This document shows, in pieces, positions 15,101 to 21,170 of a stretch of 21,170 nucleotides of DNA. The notes beneath the pieces are model-generated. The model worked only from the letters and a program-made list of their open reading frames with translations, was not told the origin of the DNA and did no database searches. The position numbers and the translations under genes are program-made. The DNA comes from an uncultured Pseudomonadota bacterium. GTDB lineage: Bacteria; Pseudomonadota; Gammaproteobacteria; Burkholderiales; Methylophilaceae. The stretch lies in contig CAILFU010000159.1 of NCBI GenBank assembly GCA_903833595.1, positions 1-21,170 of the forward strand. The letters run 5' to 3'. The stretch's first letter is position 1. Every line of letters starts with the position of its first letter.

Positions 15101-15440
15101 GGATAGCGATTACTTCTTGTTTGACGCTGCTGTGAATGCAAGCAGCAATCTTGATACCATCACAGACTTTATCTCTGGCACAGACAAGCTGCAATTTAGT
15201 AAATCTATCTTTAAGGGTTTAGGGACAAAGGCTGGCAATTTAACCACTGACCAGTTCTGGTCAGGTGATGGACAAACGACTGCACAAGACGGAACAGACC
15301 GTATTATTTATGACAGCACATCGGGTGCACTTTACTATGATGCGGATGGCAGTGGGAGTGTATCATCACCAGTGCAAGTGGCGCTGATAGGCACTTCATC
15401 ACACCCAGCTTTAGCATATACGGATATAGCCATTATTTAG
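12105..15440 (+). CDS. Large RTX-type calcium-binding surface protein/adhesin (putative type I secretion substrate) with Ig-like and cadherin-like domains
   Basis: The RBS is strong (AAAGGAG, 7 nt) and there is no signal peptide. GGxGxD nonapeptide runs occur at aa 470-500 and 960-1000 ([45 protein letters not shown]). A Big-like domain is present (TSPTIAIS...VSGGTL). There are two dystroglycan/cadherin-like repeats (NDAPV...LPKWLKF..G.FSGTP and NVAPT...[15 protein letters not shown]). The C-terminus is RTX-like (...YYDADGSGS...YTDIAII). Confidence 0.9.
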   Translation: [1111 protein letters not shown]

Positions 15441-15475
15441 GCTTACACGCTATTTCATCGCTAGGATGTCAATGG

Positions 15476-15613
15476 CTGCTTTGGGTCGGTAGCCACTAAA
15501 CTCAATGTCTGCTTTGAGGTAGATCTAATTCACTTATCCTTTACCTAAAAAATAGTTTGCTATAAAGCAGACGGATATAAATCGGACTTGGGGCACAGAA
15601 AGAGACATTCATT
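15476..15613 (+). repeat. REP/MITE-like structured repeat, full-length copy B
   Basis: It is about 93 percent identical by hand count to 18834-18970. It has an internal 9-bp inverted repeat GTCTGCTTT...AAAGCAGAC and terminal AATGTCT...AGACATT symmetry. Confidence 0.9.
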
Positions 15614-15720
15614 AGTAGATTAACTTAGTAATTTAAGATAAATTGTGCATGTCAATGGAAGTAATTTACTACTAGTAATACAATGAAATTTTTGTAGGCA
15701 ATCTACTAAAGAGGAACATC

Positions 15721-16173
15721 ATGAACAGAAGAGAAGTTTTGCTAAGAGGTGTTGCGCTAGCTGGTGCAGCATTCGTTGGGCGTGCTCAGGCAACAGAGAT
15801 GAAAATGGATCATACACATCATCATGATATGGCTGCAATGTCTGCCAATGCTGGATTAGTCTCTGCAGCGGCCGATTGCATACAAAAGGGCCAAGTCTGC
15901 CTGAATCACTGTTTATTTCTATTGGGACAGGGCGATAAAGATATGGCAGCATGTGCCAAAAGCGTCAACCAAATGCTCGCTCTATGTGGTGCGTTGCAGC
16001 AACTGGCTAATCAAGAATCTACTTATCTGCCTAAATTAGCCAGTTTGGCGATGGACGCATGCAAAAAATGCGAAGACGAATGCAAAAAACATGCAAAAAA
16101 ACACGAGGCCTGTAAAGCCTGCGGTGAAAGCTGCGCGGCGTGTGCCAAAGAATGTAAAAAAATAGCAGCTTAA
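15721..16173 (+). CDS. Tat-exported Cys-rich four-helix-bundle copper storage protein (Csp1-like, DUF326 family)
   Basis: It has a twin-arginine signal (MNRREVLLRGVALAGAAFVGRAQA). A His/Met-rich stretch follows (MKMDHTHHHDMAAM). I count 13 Cys in the mature part, spaced helically, ending ACKACGESCAACAKECKKIAA. This closely parallels the Csp1 C-terminus as I recall it. Confidence 0.85.
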   Translation: MNRREVLLRGVALAGAAFVGRAQATEMKMDHTHHHDMAAMSANAGLVSAAADCIQKGQVCLNHCLFLLGQGDKDMAACAKSVNQMLALCGALQQLANQESTYLPKLASLAMDACKKCEDECKKHAKKHEACKACGESCAACAKECKKIAA

Positions 16174-16250
16174 AACTAGTCTAATTACCATAAATTATGG
16201 CTGTTAGACTCGCTGTAATAATTTAGAGGTTTAGTCGCATATAAACAATT

Positions 16251-16276
16251 AGGCACCTTAGGGTGTCTTTTGTTTG
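16251..16276 (+). terminator. Rho-independent terminator after the csp-like gene
   Basis: The stem is AGGCACC-ttag-GGTGTCT (7 bp including one G-U pair), followed by TTTGTTT. Confidence 0.6.
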
Positions 16277-16278
16277 GT

Positions 16279-16400
16279 GCGACTATCACTTATAGGTCGG
16301 TAGTGACGATTCTCGGTATAGGCTTTGAAGAAAGCTGATTATTAGGCCAAATAGCAGACGATCAAAAACTTCACTCAAGGCCATAAGCAGACTATTAATG
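16279..16400 (+). repeat. REP/MITE-like repeat, diverged copy D
   Basis: GTGCGACT..TATAGGTCGGTAGTGAC parallels GTGCGACT..TATGGGTCGGAAGCCAC at 18824-18853. The 3' end GGCCATAAGCAGAC matches the family. Confidence 0.5.
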
Positions 16401-16500
16401 AAGGAATAGCTTAATCAACATTAAGGAGATTGATATGGGTAAATTTAGCCTATACAGCGCTCAGGAAAAGCTAATTTAGCTAAATCGTACCCAGCGAACC

Positions 16501-18708
16501 TTAAAGCTTCAGCGTTAGCCCCACATTTACTGAGCGACCCATTCCTGGAACCGCAGTACCCCAACCTATAGGTGAGTTTTGCATACCCATGGTTGCACCT
16601 TGGCCTACGTAAGCACCACCTAGCGGTAAGTAATAATGCTTATCAAACAAGTTTTCAACGCCAAAATCTAAACGGGCTTGCTTCCAGTTATAGCTAGAAC
16701 GCAAGTTAATTAAACTATAACCGGCCGTCTTAATTTCGTTACGCGCATCTGAGGTGTGGTCTTTGGCTTTCACCATCTGCAGTTCCAACGCACTATCCCA
16801 AGCTTGGTAATTATGCGTCAAAGTCAATTTACCATTGAGCGGCATGATGTTATACAAATCATCGCCAGTAGCGCGGTTTTCGCCATTGGTATAGTTAAGT
16901 AGGCCTTTTAATGCAAATAGACCAGCGCCAGTTTGTGCCAACGGCATATGACCAGTTACATCTAAACCATATAGGCGCGCCGACTGGTTGGTGTAACGCA
17001 AGCTTGTGAATGCATTTGTAGTTGGCGTTAATTGAACCGCATCAATGTAATCAGTCACATGAGTATAATATGGCGTGGCTTTCAACTCCCAGTCACGGTT
17101 GGCAGCGTGCCAATCTAACGTGGTAGAAACGGTATAAGCTTTTTCAGACTTAAGATTAACATCCCCCAAATAACCATTACCGTCACCCACAGTGTTATTC
17201 ATAATCGTCATCATATCGGCCGTAGACCAAGTATAACGCTCATATAAATTGGGTGATCGTACCTTACGCGCCACACCAAATTCAAGGTCAGTGTTAGGAT
17301 TAGCGACATAACGACCCATAGCCGTCACATCCCAATTATTATCTGTTTTATTACGGTCAGAGTTATTAAATGCAACAGCATCACGCTTTTGATTCATCAT
17401 ATCCATACCACTAATAACTATAGGTGCTGTAGATGAGTTGTAGCCATGCACCATACCGGCACTAGTTTTAACTTGTTCATAACGCAGTCCAGCCAACGTA
17501 GTAAAATCTGCTGTTATGCGTTTTTCCCACTCTGCGAAGACTGCGCTGCGTTCACGTTCACCATCGTTAATATTGATGAAATCATTCGGCCCCATTCCCA
17601 TACTGCCAACCACAGCAGGCCACCAATCTTGCAAAGCATAGTGTTGGTATTCTGTACCTAGACGCAATACATCTTGTTCAGACAACTTAACGTCTCCTTT
17701 AACTGAAACCCCAGTCGTCTTACCTTTAGTGTTCATCGGCATACCCTGAGTAGTATTACCAACGGTATAAAGGAATTTTTTATCAGGCCCAAAATCCATG
17801 TAATGGTCAACAGTTTCGTTATAAGCCCTGGCCTCTAAGGCGCCCCAATCATACTCACCTAGATAACGAAGGTTAATGCGTTTTTGCTCATTGTCTAGCA
17901 AGTCCATACGTTGATTAGGATACAGTTGCTCAGGCATGTTTTGGTAACCAAACTTCGCTTCAACCAAATGATTGCCACTCTTAAACGCTAAGCCCAGCGT
18001 TTGATTTCTGGTTTCATACGCGGTAGATCCAACTTCATCCAACGCTAAGGTATGGCCTGTGCGCCCAGTGACGTTTGTAGTTTTAAAGTTTTTACCGGCC
18101 TCATAGTTGTCTGCTTTACTAGTTGAACCACTGTAGTTAGCGCTGAATGTCTCGGTGGCAAAGGTGGCAGATATATTGGCGCCTTGTGCGTTATTATTAC
18201 TGCGATAAAAACTACCAATTTGACCTTTCACCAAATTGCCTGCACCGGCAGCGGCAAATTCAGGCTTAGCCGAATTAACAATAATCGTACCGCCCAAACT
18301 ATCGCCACCTACACTCACCGGCGTGATGCCAGCATAGACTTTAATGTTATCGATATTGGTAGGATCAATATAAGACAAAGGTGGATTCATGTGGTTAGGG
18401 CAAGAGGCGATTAAATCCATACCATCCAACTTAACGCGCACTCTATCATCAGCCAAACCATGAATAGCCGGTAGGCTTGAGACCCCTCCAGCACGATACA
18501 AACTCACACCAGGTTCATCAGCTAACAACGAAGCGCTGTCACTAGTGTTCAATGCAGACGGGTTGATATCAGCGATTTTCTCCGCTGTCACCTCAATACT
18601 AGGTAAGACTAATTCTTCTGCATATGCCGTATAGGTTAATCCGCCTAAAATGCATGGCGTTAGAATGCTGGAAATAATTAAGTGTTTTTTTGAATAAATG
18701 AACTGCAT
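16501..18708 (-). CDS. oprC: TonB-dependent outer-membrane copper receptor (OprC/NosA family)
   Basis: It has a signal peptide (..TYTAYA-EE) and a plug plus 22-strand-type architecture. CPNHM (C103/M107, codons at 18400-18402 and 18388-18390) and HYM (H302/M304, codons at 17803-17805 and 17797-17799) reproduce the CxxxM plus HxM copper site described for OprC. Confidence 0.85.
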   Translation of the reverse strand: MQFIYSKKHLIISSILTPCILGGLTYTAYAEELVLPSIEVTAEKIADINPSALNTSDSASLLADEPGVSLYRAGGVSSLPAIHGLADDRVRVKLDGMDLIASCPNHMNPPLSYIDPTNIDNIKVYAGITPVSVGGDSLGGTIIVNSAKPEFAAAGAGNLVKGQIGSFYRSNNNAQGANISATFATETFSANYSGSTSKADNYEAGKNFKTTNVTGRTGHTLALDEVGSTAYETRNQTLGLAFKSGNHLVEAKFGYQNMPEQLYPNQRMDLLDNEQKRINLRYLGEYDWGALEARAYNETVDHYMDFGPDKKFLYTVGNTTQGMPMNTKGKTTGVSVKGDVKLSEQDVLRLGTEYQHYALQDWWPAVVGSMGMGPNDFININDGERERSAVFAEWEKRITADFTTLAGLRYEQVKTSAGMVHGYNSSTAPIVISGMDMMNQKRDAVAFNNSDRNKTDNNWDVTAMGRYVANPNTDLEFGVARKVRSPNLYERYTWSTADMMTIMNNTVGDGNGYLGDVNLKSEKAYTVSTTLDWHAANRDWELKATPYYTHVTDYIDAVQLTPTTNAFTSLRYTNQSARLYGLDVTGHMPLAQTGAGLFALKGLLNYTNGENRATGDDLYNIMPLNGKLTLTHNYQAWDSALELQMVKAKDHTSDARNEIKTAGYSLINLRSSYNWKQARLDFGVENLFDKHYYLPLGGAYVGQGATMGMQNSPIGWGTAVPGMGRSVNVGLTLKL

Positions 18709-18833
18709 GGCCTTACCTTTAATAATAGAATTACTTAAAGATACATTTTATAGGCACTATTGCAGCTTGAGAATGTGGCATATTGTCGCACTTGAATCCA
18801 GTTAAACGACGTCCATAGTTTTTGTGCGACTGT

Positions 18834-18970
18834 CTGCTATGGGTCGGAAGCCACTGAATTCAATGTCTGCTTTGAGGCAGATCTAATTCACTTATCCTTT
18901 ACCTAAAAAATAGTTTGCTATAAAGCAGACGGATATAAATCGGACTTAGGGCCAATAAGAGACATTCGTT
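18834..18970 (+). repeat. REP/MITE-like structured repeat, full-length copy C
   Basis: See copy B. It lies between the divergent receptor and kinase genes. Confidence 0.9.
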
Positions 18971-19148
18971 CAAAGGTCAAATTAAACTGCACAATAAAGA
19001 AAATTGATACTAATAATTTCGTGATTAATTGGACCGAAAATAACTGAATTAAAAATTCGGCTTCATCTATATGTGGAATACTTAAGGTATCATTAAAGTA
19101 TTAGAGAATTGTCCGACAGCTGGATGAATGAAATGAAAGACTTTGTAA

Positions 19149-21170
19149 ATGGGCAACTTACTACATATATTGATGAAACCCCGTCTGGGAATACAACTAC
19201 CAGGCTTTTTTTTGTTATTATTTCTCTCATTATTTGCGAGCAATTCAGCGTATGCGCTCACCCCTGATAGCCAAACCAATCTCCAAGTAGCGAGCCCACC
19301 ACCAGTCGTAAAAACACAAAAATCCATACTCATCGTGGGGAGTGAGCAAAATTTCCCGCCTTTCGCCACAGGATTGACCGACGAGACCGCCGGCGGCTTT
19401 ACCGTTGAGTTGTGGAAAGCAGTAGCGGCAGAGGCTGATTTAAATTACAGCATCCGCGTACGGCCTTTTCATGAACTTCTGCAAGATTTCAAAGCAGGAA
19501 AAATTGATGTTTTGATTAATCTTGCAGCATCAGAACAGCGACATGAGTTCGCTGATTTTACTGTACCGCACGTGGTTGTACATGGTGCGATTTTTGTGCG
19601 TAAAGGTGAAACCAGTATACGTTCTGAAAATGACTTTGCTGGCAAATCTATTATCGTCTTGAGTGCGGACTTAGCACATGATTATGCGCTATCCAAGGGA
19701 TGGAAAAAGCAGTTGGTGTTAGTCAACAATGCAGAAGAGGGCTTACGACTGCTGGCGTCAGGTCAGCACGACGCCATGCTATTAAGCAAGCTGGCTGGGA
19801 TGCAGACCATTCAAACAACGGGATTAAATAATATAGAGGCACTCAAAACCAAGGCGGGGTTCTCACAGAAGTTCTCGTTTGCCGTGCAAAAGGGGCAAGC
19901 TGACTTATTACATAAAATCAATGAAGGCTTAGCGGTTACTAAAGCTAATGGCGTTTATAACACTATTTATGAAAAATGGTTTGGGATCTATGACGTAAAA
20001 GAAATTACGTTTCTTGATTTTATAAAATACCTTATTCCTATTCTTATAATATTTATTAGCATTCTGGTTTATTCTTTAAATTTAACTAAACGTGAAAATG
20101 AAGACAAAAAAGCCCTATTTCATATGAACCCTAACGCCATTGTTGTCATTGATAATAATGGTAAGGTCTCTGACATCAATCCGGCTTTTGGTAAGTTGTT
20201 TAATGCCAACGAATCTACGCTCATTGGGCTGACTGAGCTAGAATTTGACCGTTATATTCAAGCAAAATGCACCGGTGAAGACCCTTACCTGGCCACATCC
20301 AATTTGCCGATTATTTCTGATTTGAAAGCCAAGCAAACTGTTGCATCAATTAACAACCATGAATTAACGTTTACCATTCAATCCGAGGGCATTAAGGTTA
20401 TTGCGCGTAGCTATATTGATTGCAATATTACGCGCATCAGCCGCATCATACATTTTCAAGATATTACCGAAAGATCCCATCTTGATAGAATGAAATCAGA
20501 ATTTATTGCGACTGCCGCCCATGAGCTTAGAACGCCGATGACCACGATATTTGGCTACGCAGAATTATTAAAAGACATGCCGCTTGATGCAGAAATGCAA
20601 AAAGAGATGATTACCACGATTTATGGACAATCAGAAGCCATGATTACGCTCTTAAATGATATTCTGGATATGGCAAAAATGGAGGCGCAAGCGGCTAATC
20701 TTTATCAGATGACGCTTCAGCCCATCGGACCGATATTAAAGGCGCTGACCGATACATTGATTACCCCAGATAACCACAATAAAGTCGTGCTTGAAATGAG
20801 CCCGAGCCTGCCAGAGATTAATATCGACAAAATTAAAATTGAACAAGCCATTAAGAACTGTTTAAGTAATGCCTATAAATTCTCGCCGAATAATGGTGAG
20901 ATCAATATGCAGGTGACCGAAGTTATGCGTGAGGGAATGCCTCATGTACTCATTGCCATTCAAGACCATGGCATTGGTATGACCCCTGAACAGTTGAAGC
21001 GTGTTTATGAGCGGTTTTACCGTGCTGATCAATCAGGCAGCGTGCCTGGTACTGGCTTAGGCATGGCGATAATGAAAGACATTGTCACTCATCATAGTGG
21101 CACGGTAGAGGTGACAAGTAAGTATGGCGTGGGCACTAAGGTCACGTTGTATCTACCAGTAGCTTCATAG
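19149..21170 (+). CDS. Sensor histidine kinase with a periplasmic solute-binding (family 3, Venus-flytrap) domain, one TM, a PAS-like domain, and HisKA and HATPase domains
   Basis: The SBP_bac_3-like region runs from SILIVGSEQNFPPF to YEKWFG. The TM segment is FIKYLIPILIIFISILVYSL. The H-box is FIATAAHELRTPMTTI and the G-box is GTGLGMAIMKDIV. The stop codon is at 21168-21170. The Met at 19173 (MKPRLG...) is an alternative start. Confidence 0.9.
   Translation: MGNLLHILMKPRLGIQLPGFFLLLFLSLFASNSAYALTPDSQTNLQVASPPPVVKTQKSILIVGSEQNFPPFATGLTDETAGGFTVELWKAVAAEADLNYSIRVRPFHELLQDFKAGKIDVLINLAASEQRHEFADFTVPHVVVHGAIFVRKGETSIRSENDFAGKSIIVLSADLAHDYALSKGWKKQLVLVNNAEEGLRLLASGQHDAMLLSKLAGMQTIQTTGLNNIEALKTKAGFSQKFSFAVQKGQADLLHKINEGLAVTKANGVYNTIYEKWFGIYDVKEITFLDFIKYLIPILIIFISILVYSLNLTKRENEDKKALFHMNPNAIVVIDNNGKVSDINPAFGKLFNANESTLIGLTELEFDRYIQAKCTGEDPYLATSNLPIISDLKAKQTVASINNHELTFTIQSEGIKVIARSYIDCNITRISRIIHFQDITERSHLDRMKSEFIATAAHELRTPMTTIFGYAELLKDMPLDAEMQKEMITTIYGQSEAMITLLNDILDMAKMEAQAANLYQMTLQPIGPILKALTDTLITPDNHNKVVLEMSPSLPEINIDKIKIEQAIKNCLSNAYKFSPNNGEINMQVTEVMREGMPHVLIAIQDHGIGMTPEQLKRVYERFYRADQSGSVPGTGLGMAIMKDIVTHHSGTVEVTSKYGVGTKVTLYLPVAS

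Noticed and set aside
16435-16479. 14-aa mini-ORF (MGKFSLYSAQEKLI) with a strong AAGGAG RBS between the csp-like and receptor genes
   Set aside because: It is too short to support from sequence alone. It overlaps an AT-rich palindrome (AGCTAA-a-TTAGCT) that is more simply read as part of the receptor gene's 3' region.
11455-18970. Integron-like cassette array with the 137-bp repeats acting as attC sites
   Set aside because: There is no IntI-type integrase. The bracketed genes are large, carry their own RBS and promoter regions, and lie on both strands. The repeat has only a 9-bp internal inverted repeat rather than the long imperfect attC hairpin. The GTTRRRY-like strings nearby are expected by chance.

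Overview
AT-rich 21.2-kb window from a Gram-negative, proteobacterial-type chromosome (lipobox, Tat signal, TonB-dependent receptor and RTX protein are all present). No rRNA, tRNA or CRISPR was found. All calls are by-eye reading of the sequence and ORF track; no database search was possible and identity values are hand counts. I read four blocks. (1) 1-2313: the 3' part of a secreted subtilisin-like (S8) protease carrying perfect 64-aa tandem repeat modules, followed 12 nt later by a small beta-barrel-like outer-membrane protein. (2) About 2351-8290: a roughly 5.9-kb block that looks like a small integrated mobile element. It holds a minimal 188-aa tyrosine recombinase, an adjacent IHF-beta paralog, an orientation-partitioned iteron array, a 22-bp perfect palindrome, a promoter-proximal box shared by two genes, two unannotated small ORFs and several hypothetical proteins. 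It is bracketed by a 9-bp direct repeat (TCAGTCGAC) that appears to split one copy of a local REP/MITE-like repeat. (3) 8369-15440: a cell-surface module. On the minus strand are a winged-helix regulator, a polytopic membrane protein, a WecA/MraY-family phosphoglycosyl transferase and a lipoprotein carrying the same 64-aa module as the protease. Two of these genes are each preceded by a copy of an approximately 83-bp promoter/leader cassette. Divergent from this, after an 880-bp very AT-rich spacer, is a 1111-aa RTX/cadherin-like adhesin with no type I secretion genes in view. (4) 15721-21170: a copper module, namely a Tat-signal, 13-Cys four-helix-bundle Csp1-like copper storage protein convergent with an OprC/NosA-like TonB-dependent receptor that keeps the CxxxM and HxM copper-site motifs, followed by a Venus-flytrap sensor histidine kinase. 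A structured repeat family of about 137 bp (six full or partial copies) separates nearly every module. The best novelty candidates are the recombinase-IHF-iteron mini-element, the duplicated promoter cassette in the surface module, and the periplasmic copper uptake/storage pairing.
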